A stretch of DNA of 64,000 bases, taken from NCBI GenBank assembly GCA_963737905.1, contig CAVTUQ010000007.1, positions 96,001 to 160,000 on the forward strand, given 5' to 3'. Both the position numbers and the translations under genes were made by a program. A model generated the notes under the pieces. The model did not search any database, was not told the origin of the DNA, and saw only the letters and a list, made by a program, of their open reading frames with translations. Within the stretch, counting starts at the first letter, position 1; every line of letters starts with the position of its first letter. The stretch comes from an uncultured delta proteobacterium. GTDB taxonomy: Bacteria; Desulfobacterota; Binatia; UBA9968. This document shows positions 18,988 through 28,211 of this stretch, piece after piece.

Positions 18988-20040
18988 TTAGTCCTTAAAT
19001 ATTTTCTTCACTCTTTCGATCACCTCGGCTGGCTGGTTCAGAATCTCATTAAGTACTGCTTGAAGTTCTTCTCCTGTGGAAGGGTCGACATCCATCCGGC
19101 TTTTTTTCGCCTCTGCCAATAGCTCAGGGTCTTTGATGGATTGCACGTATGCGTCCCGAAGCATTTTCACTCGATCCGCAGGCGTTCCGGGTGTCACCAG
19201 CATGAGGCGGCCGAACTCCGCGCCGCCGAGAAGTACGTAGGCGACACGGCGATTGGTTTCACTCGTCTTGTACTGGTCCATCAGTTCGTAAATGGTCGGC
19301 GCGTCGGGGACCAACGCGTCGCGTTTTCTTGTGGTTTGAACCAGATGGCGGTCGAACCCCTTTTTGTGCCAGCTATCGAATGGCTCGCGGCCATAATGAG
19401 GGTTGATCGTGTTGCCGCGGCACTGAATCTCTCCTTTCTCCACGGCCAGATCGATCTCGTTGCCGCCCGGGTAACCCATGACGGTGTTGATCTTGGCGCC
19501 GAAAGCCAGCTCGAGAACACGGTCGAGGACATAGCCCGCGCTCGATACCCCGGCGGTGCCACACTTGGGAGGCTCTTTAGCGTTGATGATGTCGCCGATC
19601 GTCTTATAGGGAGCATCGGCGCGCATATAGAGCAGCATGAAATTTTTCTCCTGCGAGCCGATGACCGAAAACTTGCGCAGATCGAACCGAACTTCGCTGT
19701 GGCCCGAGAGTTGTTCCAAATAGGTGTTGCTGTTGGGCATGAGCACGGTGAGACCGTCGGGCTTGGCCAAGCCGTAGACGTAGTTGGTTGCCACGAGCGA
19801 TCCCGCCCCCGGCATGGTTTGCACGATCATGCCCGGATTTCCGGGAAGATATTTAGGGATGAACCGGGCCAACAGTCGCGCCCAGCGGTCATAAAATCCC
19901 CCCGCTGACGCACCGACGATGATGCGAATCTGTTTTCCCTGGTAAAAGGGCTCGGTTTGTGCGTCGATTAAAGGCGGACTTGCCAGTAAGCAACCGAGCA
20001 AACCTAAAGTGAAAATTGACGTTCTGCAGTGGATTGCCAT
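18988..20040 (-). CDS. Tripartite tricarboxylate transporter substrate-binding protein (TctC/Bug-like)
   Basis: FY.GK.IRIIVG.SAGG.YD, MPGAGSL.A.NY.Y..AKPDGLT, GYPGG.EIDLAVEKGE. Confidence 0.9.
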   Translation of the reverse strand: MAIHCRTSIFTLGLLGCLLASPPLIDAQTEPFYQGKQIRIIVGASAGGFYDRWARLLARFIPKYLPGNPGMIVQTMPGAGSLVATNYVYGLAKPDGLTVLMPNSNTYLEQLSGHSEVRFDLRKFSVIGSQEKNFMLLYMRADAPYKTIGDIINAKEPPKCGTAGVSSAGYVLDRVLELAFGAKINTVMGYPGGNEIDLAVEKGEIQCRGNTINPHYGREPFDSWHKKGFDRHLVQTTRKRDALVPDAPTIYELMDQYKTSETNRRVAYVLLGGAEFGRLMLVTPGTPADRVKMLRDAYVQSIKDPELLAEAKKSRMDVDPSTGEELQAVLNEILNQPAEVIERVKKIFKD

Positions 20041-20057
20041 GCTCCCTCCACAATAAC

Positions 20058-21173
20058 TTACCAGGCAGATCCTGATCCGTGCGCTTCATGAGAAACCGGC
20101 GCGAGCACCTTGTAAGGATCGCCAAACCCAGACGCTACGTCGAGTACTTCCGGATGATGCAGCAGGGAGCGATCGAGCATGCCATGGGTGTCGACGACTA
20201 GACGATCGTCGATGTAGAGGCGTGCATTAAACACTGAGCCATCCATGTGCCTGAAGTTCGGGTGCCTGCGCGGTGTTCCGAGACCCGCCCAGGGCATCTT
20301 ACTGATTAGCTCCCAATGCATCGGATCGTCGACGCCATGCTGCGCCGAGGCTTTGGGGTGATAGCCGAACATGATTTCGATCAGACGATTGGACTCGGGA
20401 ACTTCTTTGAACAATCGCTTGCACTCTTCGCCGACTTCACCACCGCCGTCGACATCGGTAATGAGGTTGTCCTTTACTTTCCAGCGCATCGGTTTTGCTA
20501 GCTTCCCCGCGACGCCTTGGACGCAACTTAAATAAACTTCACCGTTCGACTCGCCGTCGCCGTTGAACACGCCGCACCGGCCCCAGGGGAAATGGCAGCG
20601 GCCGGGAGGGTCGCCGGCGCGGAACTGCATGCCATAAAGTCTTTTGCCGTCATACGTCGCTGTCAGATTGGTTCCCAGCGAATCTTCTATGCGAACAACT
20701 TTTCCCGCGGCGACCACGTCGCGAACTTTCTCGGCTAATTTCCAAAGGACTTTGTTGGGAAACTTTGCATAATCACGGGCCAACAGTCCGGCATTGCCTT
20801 CGAAGTAAACATGGTAGGGTTTCATTCTCTGTTCGCGTAGCTGGGTGCCGCTTTCCTCTCGCTTGCGGCCCATGGCGCGATGGGCCGGTGTGAAGGTGAT
20901 GAACACCGGCCACACCCAGATGACCACATCCGACGCCTGCATGGCCTCGAGGACCGGCTGCGGCACGCTGCCGTAACGCGCAATCGGTTCAGTAACGAGG
21001 GTCATCGGTTCGGCGCCGAAAAAGCGCACGCCCGCCGTCAGCGCTTCCAGGGTGGTTTTGTCGCTCCGCGTGTCGGCTAAAAGTAGTACCTGGTCACCCT
21101 GGCGGAGATCCGCGGCTTCGATCATATTGCGGACGCCGATCATCATATCGGCGATTGGGTAGGTCGTGGTCAT
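20058..21173 (-). CDS. M29-aminopeptidase-fold protein (NicX-like metalloenzyme candidate)
   Basis: GDQVLLLAD N-domain, GTNLTA, GEVY...G, EIMFG.HP and C-terminal H-x-D (RHMDG). Confidence 0.6.
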   Translation of the reverse strand: MTTTYPIADMMIGVRNMIEAADLRQGDQVLLLADTRSDKTTLEALTAGVRFFGAEPMTLVTEPIARYGSVPQPVLEAMQASDVVIWVWPVFITFTPAHRAMGRKREESGTQLREQRMKPYHVYFEGNAGLLARDYAKFPNKVLWKLAEKVRDVVAAGKVVRIEDSLGTNLTATYDGKRLYGMQFRAGDPPGRCHFPWGRCGVFNGDGESNGEVYLSCVQGVAGKLAKPMRWKVKDNLITDVDGGGEVGEECKRLFKEVPESNRLIEIMFGYHPKASAQHGVDDPMHWELISKMPWAGLGTPRRHPNFRHMDGSVFNARLYIDDRLVVDTHGMLDRSLLHHPEVLDVASGFGDPYKVLAPVSHEAHGSGSAW

Positions 21174-21194
21174 GCTTTCTCCTTCATCGCTCTA

Positions 21195-22199
21195 CTACGG
21201 GGTTGGTTCCCATCCGGCCGTTTTTAGCTCGCGGTAGATTTTCTTAGCGATGCTGTAATCGAAAAACTTACCGACATCCGCCGGCACCGGCACGCCGACC
21301 AGCTCCGCACGCATAGCCACGTCTTCCTTTAATACATCGTCGGGCACCCAGCCTTCGGCGGTCAAAACCGGACGTGTTGAATCGTAATCAAATTCATTGA
21401 ATTCAGGCTTGCGCTGGGTGTACTTGCCGATAATCGGAATCGTCTGCTCCCGGTAACGCCGCGCGTATTCTCTGCCTTTGATAACGCCGCGTAGAAAGCG
21501 TTCTACCAGATTCGGCTGGCGCGCCAACAATAGATTGGGAACCGCCAAACCGACGTAGGCGAAACGAATCTCTTTTTGCGTGTCGCCAAGCATGTGTCCT
21601 TTGGGCTGCTTGAGTTGGACAAAATCACCGGCACCCAATGGCACGGCGTCGACGGTGCCCGTTTGCAGAGCAGCGAGTCTCGCCCCGCCGAAGCCCACTG
21701 CAATATAAACAACGGAATTGGCGTCTATGCCGTGCTTGCGCAGGAGCAGGCGCACCGACAGCTCCTGCGTATCACCGCGGCTGGTGACGCCCACGCGCTT
21801 GCCAATCAAATCCTTCAGATTCTTGATCTCGGGTCGCGCGGACCAGAGTTGATACCCGGGACGGTCGATATTGGTGTAAATCACCTTATCTCCGCGCCAC
21901 GCAACATCGCGGTGAGCGCGGACCCGGCCGAGGTGCTGAAATGAAGGTCGCCGGCGATCAGCGCCTGGGTAGCAATGCCGCCACCTGCCCGGATCATCTC
22001 CACCGTGAAACCCTCGCCGCGGTGATAACCTTTTTCGATGGCGACGAATTCGTCCATGTAGCTGGCGGTGATCGCGGCGACGGAAAACCTTACCTTTTCT
22101 TCCACGCTCGCCGCATGAACAAATTCGTATTGGCAACCAAGAAATGCCGAAAATGAGCGATAGCGGAAGTAGGACTCGGGACGAGAACATCACAAGCAT
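21195..22199 (-). CDS. NMT1/THI5-SsuA-type solute-binding protein with internal frameshifts
   Basis: Segment 21881-22105 in another frame (VRFSVAAITASYMD...KGY) aligns with paralog 25391-26389; C-terminal part in the main ORF. Confidence 0.8.
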   Translation of the reverse strand: MLVMFSSRVLLPLSLIFGISWLPIRICSCGERGRKGKVFRRRDHRQLHGRIRRHRKRLSPRRGFHGGDDPGRWRHCYPGADRRRPSFQHLGRVRAHRDVAWRGDKVIYTNIDRPGYQLWSARPEIKNLKDLIGKRVGVTSRGDTQELSVRLLLRKHGIDANSVVYIAVGFGGARLAALQTGTVDAVPLGAGDFVQLKQPKGHMLGDTQKEIRFAYVGLAVPNLLLARQPNLVERFLRGVIKGREYARRYREQTIPIIGKYTQRKPEFNEFDYDSTRPVLTAEGWVPDDVLKEDVAMRAELVGVPVPADVGKFFDYSIAKKIYRELKTAGWEPTP

Positions 22200-22463
22200 G
22201 CCCGCCCCAGATCGTTGGAGGGAAGAACTCCGTGCTCGATACGCTCCAACCCAACAACTCTGTTTTCGATGGACATGCCAATGACTCCTCAACTGGACTC
22301 TATATATTAGGCAAGGAAGTCAGACAAGCTGTAAGTCAAGCTGCAGGCGCTTGCGTTTTGTCGCCCCGAAAGGTTATGCAAAATGAACGGTGCGCGGGAT
22401 AACGGATGGGACAGCGGCCTCCAAGCGAGGCGAGCTCTGAAATTCCGAGTTGAGTAACCAACA

Positions 22464-23414
22464 ATGGAGATTGGACTGCTGTTGCATACGCGTCAGATGA
22501 TCCGGCAGGAGGACGCGGCGAAGAGTTTCGAGCAACTCTGGTCGGATGCGGCTCAGGCGGAGGAGCTAGGCTTCGACCATATCTGGTTGGGTGACAGCGT
22601 TACGGTTTTGGACAAAGCTCGCGGCGATTGCCTGACCACTATGGCCGCACTGGCGGCGCGGACGAGTAGAATGAGAATCGGTGCGGTACCGATGCTCCCC
22701 GCGTTAAGAAATCCGGTCTTGTTAGCCCATGCGCTTGCAACGCTGGATGTGATCTCGAAAGGCCGGATTGTTCTCGGCGTCAGTGTGGGGCCCGTCAGGG
22801 ATTACATCCAGCGACAATTCGCTGCTTGCGGTGTCCCGCCCCAGGAAAAAGCGGGACGCTTGAGTGAGTCCATCGAGATCATGCGCCGGCTTTGGAGCGA
22901 AACAACCGTCAACTACGACGGGCGTTACTATCAATTAAAGGACGTCGGGATTCTGCCTCATCCCGCGCAAAAGCAGGGGATACCCATCTGGATCGCCGCG
23001 GACAGAAACGAAAACGGTTTCAAGCGGGTAGGGCGCTTGGGAGACGGTTGGGTCACCTTGGCGCCGACAGTGGAGAGGTTTGCCGCGGCACGGCAGAAGA
23101 TCGATCGGTATGCCCAAGAGCATGGCCGCGTTGGAAAATGCTGGCCCAGCGCGTTATTTGCGGCTTTCAATATTCAAGCCGATGGCGATCGCGCTAGAAA
23201 TGAGGGTTGGCAGTGGATGGAACGGTTCTTCGGGCAACCCAAAGAAAGGCTCGGCCACTTCTTCGCTATTTTCGGCACGCCAGAGGAATGTAGCTCCTTG
23301 TTGAAAGGATACGCCGAAGCGGGGTTGACCGCGATTATCGCGCGGATCGCGTCGGACGACGTACGCGGTCAAGAGAGTCTATTGCTTAACGAGATCAAGC
23401 CCCGTCTCGCATGA
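22464..23414 (+). CDS. LLM-class oxidoreductase
   Basis: AEELGFDHIWLGDS, LRNPVLLA..LATLD.ISKGR, P.P.Q..GIPIWIA. Confidence 0.92.
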   Translation: MEIGLLLHTRQMIRQEDAAKSFEQLWSDAAQAEELGFDHIWLGDSVTVLDKARGDCLTTMAALAARTSRMRIGAVPMLPALRNPVLLAHALATLDVISKGRIVLGVSVGPVRDYIQRQFAACGVPPQEKAGRLSESIEIMRRLWSETTVNYDGRYYQLKDVGILPHPAQKQGIPIWIAADRNENGFKRVGRLGDGWVTLAPTVERFAAARQKIDRYAQEHGRVGKCWPSALFAAFNIQADGDRARNEGWQWMERFFGQPKERLGHFFAIFGTPEECSSLLKGYAEAGLTAIIARIASDDVRGQESLLLNEIKPRLA

Positions 23415-23418
23415 TGGT

Positions 23419-24387
23419 ATGGAACGACTGCGTCTCAGTTTGTCCTGCAACGAATATGACCGAACACGTTTTTTGGTGGACGGCAGAGTGCAAGCCGAAG
23501 GTATCGATTTGGACGTCGTCGCGTTGCCGTCGGAAGAGCGTCATCGAAGGTTTTCCCGCGATCTGGAATTCGACGTGTGCGAGCTCCAGATGGGCGTCTT
23601 TCTCGGTTGGATGGGTCGCGGCGCGCCGTTCACCGCGATCCCCGTGTTTCCTCATCGTAAGTTTTGTCACGGCAACGTGCTCATCAACATCGCCAGCGGT
23701 ATTCAAAGACCCGAGGAGCTTGCCGGCAAGATTATCGGCATGCGTGCCCACTTCAATCCGGTATCGCTCTGGATGCGTGGCGTACTCCAGGAAGAATACG
23801 GCGTGGCGGTGCGATCACTCAAGATTCGGACGAATCAGCAGGAGCAGGTCCCGGGCTGGCAGCCACCGGATTGGATGAAAATCGAGCGCCTACCGAAGGG
23901 ACAAAAAGTGGAAGATGGATTGATCAGCGGTGCAATCGACGCCTGCATGCTGCCGGAGATAAATCCGAAGCTGGCCAGCCATACGGCCGGAGTGAAGCGC
24001 TTATGGCCCAATTTTCGCGAAACGGAAAAAGACTATTATTTGCGCACCAAGATCTTTCCGATTCGCCACGTCGTCGTTGTGAAAAATTCAGTTCTGGAAC
24101 GTTATCCGTGGGCGGCGCAGAGTCTCGTCGAAGCCTTTGCCAAAGCCAAGGAGATAGGGATCAAGCATGTGAGCGATACGCGGCGATCTTTTCTGGCTTG
24201 GTATGGCGCAGAACTGGAAGAAGAGAGGGAGCTTTTTGGCGAAGATCCGTGGCCCTACAATATCAAAGATAATCGAATCGTGCTGGAAACGATGACGCGC
24301 TACGCTCAGATGGTTGGGATTACGGACCGCAAGTTGGAGATTAAAGAGCTGTTCGCCGAGAGCGCGTTGGACGGCGAGTCCGTTTGA
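23419..24387 (+). CDS. 4,5-dihydroxyphthalate decarboxylase-like protein (SBP fold)
   Basis: YDRT..L.DGRV..EGIDL, FDVCE, IPVFPHRKF.H, IFPIRHVVVVK, GEDPWPY. Confidence 0.85.
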   Translation: MERLRLSLSCNEYDRTRFLVDGRVQAEGIDLDVVALPSEERHRRFSRDLEFDVCELQMGVFLGWMGRGAPFTAIPVFPHRKFCHGNVLINIASGIQRPEELAGKIIGMRAHFNPVSLWMRGVLQEEYGVAVRSLKIRTNQQEQVPGWQPPDWMKIERLPKGQKVEDGLISGAIDACMLPEINPKLASHTAGVKRLWPNFRETEKDYYLRTKIFPIRHVVVVKNSVLERYPWAAQSLVEAFAKAKEIGIKHVSDTRRSFLAWYGAELEEERELFGEDPWPYNIKDNRIVLETMTRYAQMVGITDRKLEIKELFAESALDGESV

Positions 24388-24460
24388 AAAGCTGAAGGAC
24401 TCTTGGATCTAATCCGAAGGTTTGAATTTTGTGACTGGGAATCGGCCGTTGCTCACCGTT

Positions 24461-24540
24461 GTCATTCCCGCGCAAGCGGGAATCCAGGTCTTTTTCTAAA
24501 GCGCACCACGAACCTGGATGCCCGCTTTCGCGAGCATGAC
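24461..24540. repeat. REP-like double-hairpin element of the GTCATTCCCGCG-N-GCGGGAATCCAG class
   Basis: GTCATTCCCGCGCAAGCGGGAATCCAGG followed by an inverted degenerate copy CCTGGATGCCCGCTTTCGCGAGCATGAC, between convergent genes. Confidence 0.8.
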
Positions 24541-24594
24541 GAACCATCATCTAGCCTGAACACAAGAGGATCTATATTGTCCCTGAACAAGCAA

Positions 24595-25386
24595 CTATTT
24601 ATTTTCCTCCGCTCCCGCCCGGGCCCACTCCGGACGATAACGGTCATCGGTGACTCCGGCCACGGTGTAACCGCCGTCGACGTAGAGGATCGTTCCCGTT
24701 ATATAACTGGCCCCGTCGGAAGCGAGGAAGACGCAGGGCTCAACCATGTCTTCCGGCGTCTCGGTTCGGCCCAGCGGCAGCCGGCGGACGCGTTCGAGAA
24801 CACCGGGGTTGTAAGGCTTTCGCGCCGTGTTGCCCCGAGCTACCGCATTCACGTTGATGCCGTAAAATCCCAGCGCGTGCGCCGCCGCGCGTGTAAGGCC
24901 GTTGACCGCGCCGCGATCCGCTGTCCATGAGGCCGCTTGGCCGGGCCCCAATACACCGACGATGGAGCTTAGATTGATGATTTTCCCGTAGCGCTGTTTC
25001 ACCATCTGCCGGGCGGCCGCTTGGCAGGTGAGAAAATAGCTCTTCACGCCTCGGCTTAACGAATCGTCGAAGTCTTCTTCCTTAAAATTCAGAAACTCTT
25101 GGTTGTGGGAAGCCATGGTGGTGTTGACGAGGATGTCGATGCGGCCGAATGTCTGGATGACTTGATCCACCATCGCATCGACTTCGGCGCGCTGGCGCAG
25201 ATCGACGGCGAGCGCCAAAGCACGCCGGCCCCGTTGCCGCACTTTGTCCGCCGCGGTGTCGGCGTCGGCCTGTTTGAAATCGGCACAAACAATGTCGCAG
25301 CCCTCAGCGGCAAATCCGGGCACGATGGCCGAGCCAAATTCGCCGTTGCAACCCGTGACGATGGCTATTTTTCCTTGAAGTCTCAT
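24595..25386 (-). CDS. SDR family oxidoreductase (atypical active site)
   Basis: LQGKIAIVTG, FGRIDILVN, IINLSS, YITG..LYVDGG; YxxxK replaced by WTADR. Confidence 0.9.
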   Translation of the reverse strand: MRLQGKIAIVTGCNGEFGSAIVPGFAAEGCDIVCADFKQADADTAADKVRQRGRRALALAVDLRQRAEVDAMVDQVIQTFGRIDILVNTTMASHNQEFLNFKEEDFDDSLSRGVKSYFLTCQAAARQMVKQRYGKIINLSSIVGVLGPGQAASWTADRGAVNGLTRAAAHALGFYGINVNAVARGNTARKPYNPGVLERVRRLPLGRTETPEDMVEPCVFLASDGASYITGTILYVDGGYTVAGVTDDRYRPEWARAGAEENK

Positions 25387-25390
25387 GATC

Positions 25391-26389
25391 TTATCGAACC
25401 GGCTGCCAGCCGGTCGCTTTGAGCTGAGCGTAGTTTTTTTTGGTAATGCTGTAATCGAACACGGCCGATATGTTAGGCGGATTGGCGGCTTTGGTCAGCT
25501 CTGCGCGAGTTGCGATTTCCTCCCTTAGAACATCGTCAGGCAACGACCCGTCTTCGGTCATGCTCGCTCTGGTCACTTCGTAATCGACCTTGATGGCATC
25601 CAGAGGAGAAGGATCGCGCTTGCTGATGAGCGCAATCGTCTCGTCCCGATAACGTCGTGCGAACTCCCGGCCCTTGGCCAGGCCGCGCAGAAATCGCTCT
25701 ACCAGTTGCGGGTTTTCGGCCAAAAGCTTGCTGGACACGGCAACGCCATTCCAAACCAATTGGATCTCCTTGCCTAAATCCGCAAGCACGATATGTTTTT
25801 GCTCTTTCAAAACGACCATGTCGCGGGGCACCAGTGGCGCGGCGTCGATGGCACCGGAACGTAGCGCGGGAAAACGGACTTCATTTCTCCCAACGGCGAT
25901 GAAAAGCACGGACGACGGATTGACGCCCATTTTTTTGAGATAGAGAATCGTCGATAGATGGCCGGTATCGCCAAAACTATTAATCGCGATTTTTCTTCCA
26001 ACCAGATCTTTCGCTGACGTGATATCCGGTTTTATCGAAACCAGGCTATAGCTCGGCCGCGAAAGATTGGTATAGACGATTTTCACCGGCCCGCCGCGCA
26101 CCGCGGCGCTGACCGCCGAACTTGCCGAGCTGCTGAATTGAAACTGCCCCGACAATAGACCTGGAGTCGCGACGCCGCCCGGAGCGCGGATGACTTCGAT
26201 ATTCAGTCCATCTTCGCGAAAGTATCCTTTGTCCATCGCGCAAATATGGTCCATATAGGCCGCGCTGAGCGTGGCGTAAGATACGCGTATGCTGTCCGCC
26301 GCGGTGGCGGAAGATTCAATGACGAGCAACAGAACGAGGGACCACCACGCTCGCCTTCTGGCCATTGCTTTGTCAAAAGGCCCGTCCAT
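25391..26389 (-). CDS. NMT1/THI5-SsuA-type solute-binding protein
   Basis: Signal peptide, KGYFREDGL.IE, DLVGRKIAI, AL.SGAIDA; start may be 26365. Confidence 0.88.
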   Translation of the reverse strand: MDGPFDKAMARRRAWWSLVLLLVIESSATAADSIRVSYATLSAAYMDHICAMDKGYFREDGLNIEVIRAPGGVATPGLLSGQFQFSSSASSAVSAAVRGGPVKIVYTNLSRPSYSLVSIKPDITSAKDLVGRKIAINSFGDTGHLSTILYLKKMGVNPSSVLFIAVGRNEVRFPALRSGAIDAAPLVPRDMVVLKEQKHIVLADLGKEIQLVWNGVAVSSKLLAENPQLVERFLRGLAKGREFARRYRDETIALISKRDPSPLDAIKVDYEVTRASMTEDGSLPDDVLREEIATRAELTKAANPPNISAVFDYSITKKNYAQLKATGWQPVR

Positions 26390-26397
26390 CTAGGTTC

Positions 26398-27273
26398 TCA
26401 AACCGGCTGACCGGCCCGTTTGGCGCGCTCGATGTATTCATCGGCCAGGCGCACCGGATTTCTGGTGTAGAGGATGATCCGGATGGTGGCCATGTCGCCG
26501 ATATTACGGTGCGAAGTTCCCGGAGGAATCAACAGGAAGTCACCGGTCTCGAGCATATATTCTCCCTGGTTGGTAAGGGTTGCGCGCCGGCCGGACAGTT
26601 GAAAAGCGACTTCGTCCTGTCCGAATCCCCGGTGATAGATTCTTTGCGCATCCGAACGGTAGGTGGTTTCGATCATGATGTCGGCGTTTTCAACCAGCTC
26701 GAAATGCTTGCCGCCGGAGCCTCCTTCTTCGACCTTATCGAGCACCGTCTTCGGCTTCAGCAAGGTACATTGCTTATTGGGCACAACGCTCTCTTTGACG
26801 GGGTAAGTTTGGGCGATCTGGACGGGACTGCGGGTATAAACGATGAGTCGCGTGGCGGGGGCTTCTCCCCGATTTTCGTGGCTGATGCTTGCCGGCACGA
26901 CGAGAACGTCGCCTTCGTCCAGCTCGAAGTCGCCTTCGGACGTCTTGGTGACGCGTCTATTCTGCACTTGAATCTGTGTCTCACAAAATCCCGCGGGCCT
27001 GCGGCCATCTTCACCTTTCGACGATCGGCAGTGCATCAGCTCAATCCGCACGTCATCGTTGATAAAGATCGGGATCTGTTTGGTATCGGTGTCGCCGGGA
27101 AGATCCTTGGCCAGCAAATTCAACGGGGCAATGAGTCGGCAGGCCCTCTCCGGTTTTTCCTTGCAGCCAACGATATCTACTTCTTCATCCACTTCCTTCC
27201 ATACCCGCTCGGTCTTGGGACCGATATTACCGATGAACGACAGCGTGTTAATTTCCTTGAATTTGGTTCCCAT
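26398..27273 (-). CDS. Bicupin protein, putative ring-cleaving dioxygenase-like
   Basis: Two internal repeats GD.L..P...SH.N.G....R.I.YTR.PV; second repeat has YHR...QDE...H metal motif. Confidence 0.7.
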   Translation of the reverse strand: MGTKFKEINTLSFIGNIGPKTERVWKEVDEEVDIVGCKEKPERACRLIAPLNLLAKDLPGDTDTKQIPIFINDDVRIELMHCRSSKGEDGRRPAGFCETQIQVQNRRVTKTSEGDFELDEGDVLVVPASISHENRGEAPATRLIVYTRSPVQIAQTYPVKESVVPNKQCTLLKPKTVLDKVEEGGSGGKHFELVENADIMIETTYRSDAQRIYHRGFGQDEVAFQLSGRRATLTNQGEYMLETGDFLLIPPGTSHRNIGDMATIRIILYTRNPVRLADEYIERAKRAGQPV

Positions 27274-27300
27274 GTAACCGCGCTCCTTGGAAACTCTGGG

Positions 27301-28110
27301 TTATTTGTTTTCGGATGGAACTTCGAATTTACCCCAAGTCCGGCCCCAGCTTGGGCGGAAACTGTCCTCGGTGACGGCTGCATTCGAATAGCCGGCATCG
27401 ACGTAGAGGCTCTCGCCGGCGACAAAATTCGAATCGTCCGTGGCCAAAAAAATCGCCGCGCCGACCAGATCTTCGGGTTTACCGAGCCGGCCCAAGGGAA
27501 TACGCCGCAGGCGCTCTCCCGCTTCCTCGCTAGTTCCCGAAAAACTCTCCATGGGTCCGCAGACGAGGGAATTCACGTTGACGCCATAAAATCCCAGCGC
27601 CTGTGCAATGGCCCGGGTCATGGACTCGATGCTCGAATAGGCGGCGCTGTTCCCGGTGGATTCGCCTGATGCAATCCTCCCATCGGTGGTCGAAAGATTG
27701 ATGATCTTGCCGGAGCGCTGCCCGGCCATCTGGCGGCCGACTGCCTGGCAAGCGAGGAAATAAGCTTTGGGCCCGCGATCGATGCACTGGTTAAATGCTT
27801 CTTCAGCAAGACTTAAAAAATCGCTCTCGTGCGTGATCCCTGAACAGTTAAGCAGCACGTCGATACGCCCGAACTCGGCAAGGGCACGCCGCACGGCCTC
27901 TTCGATTTCAGATTTTTTTGTGACGTCGCACTGGAGTGCTAGAGTTTCGCGGCCAAGCGCGCGCACTTCCGCTGCCAGCAGTTCCGCTTGCTTACGGTTT
28001 GCATCGATCACGACGCAATTGGCACCTTCGCGGGCGAATCCGATGGCGATTGCACGGGCGCACGGGTGCTGCGCGCTGGTTATGAAGACGATTTTATCTC
28101 TAAGTCTCAT
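27301..28110 (-). CDS. SDR family oxidoreductase (atypical)
   Basis: LRDKIVFIT, FGRIDVLLN, IINLST, GESLYVDAG; paralog of 24595-25386; lacks GxxxGxG and YxxxK. Confidence 0.85.
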   Translation of the reverse strand: MRLRDKIVFITSAQHPCARAIAIGFAREGANCVVIDANRKQAELLAAEVRALGRETLALQCDVTKKSEIEEAVRRALAEFGRIDVLLNCSGITHESDFLSLAEEAFNQCIDRGPKAYFLACQAVGRQMAGQRSGKIINLSTTDGRIASGESTGNSAAYSSIESMTRAIAQALGFYGVNVNSLVCGPMESFSGTSEEAGERLRRIPLGRLGKPEDLVGAAIFLATDDSNFVAGESLYVDAGYSNAAVTEDSFRPSWGRTWGKFEVPSENK

Positions 28111-28211
28111 CCAATGATTCTCGAGCGGACGAGGCGCCGACAAACAGTCTCTAACAGAAGGCGAATCTGACTGTCAAATCAACGGGCGCTCGGCGGCACC
28201 ACAAGTAAGAG

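Noticed and set aside
26365-27669. 434-aa plus-strand ORF
   Set aside because: Antisense shadow of the bicupin and SDR genes; no recognisable motifs.
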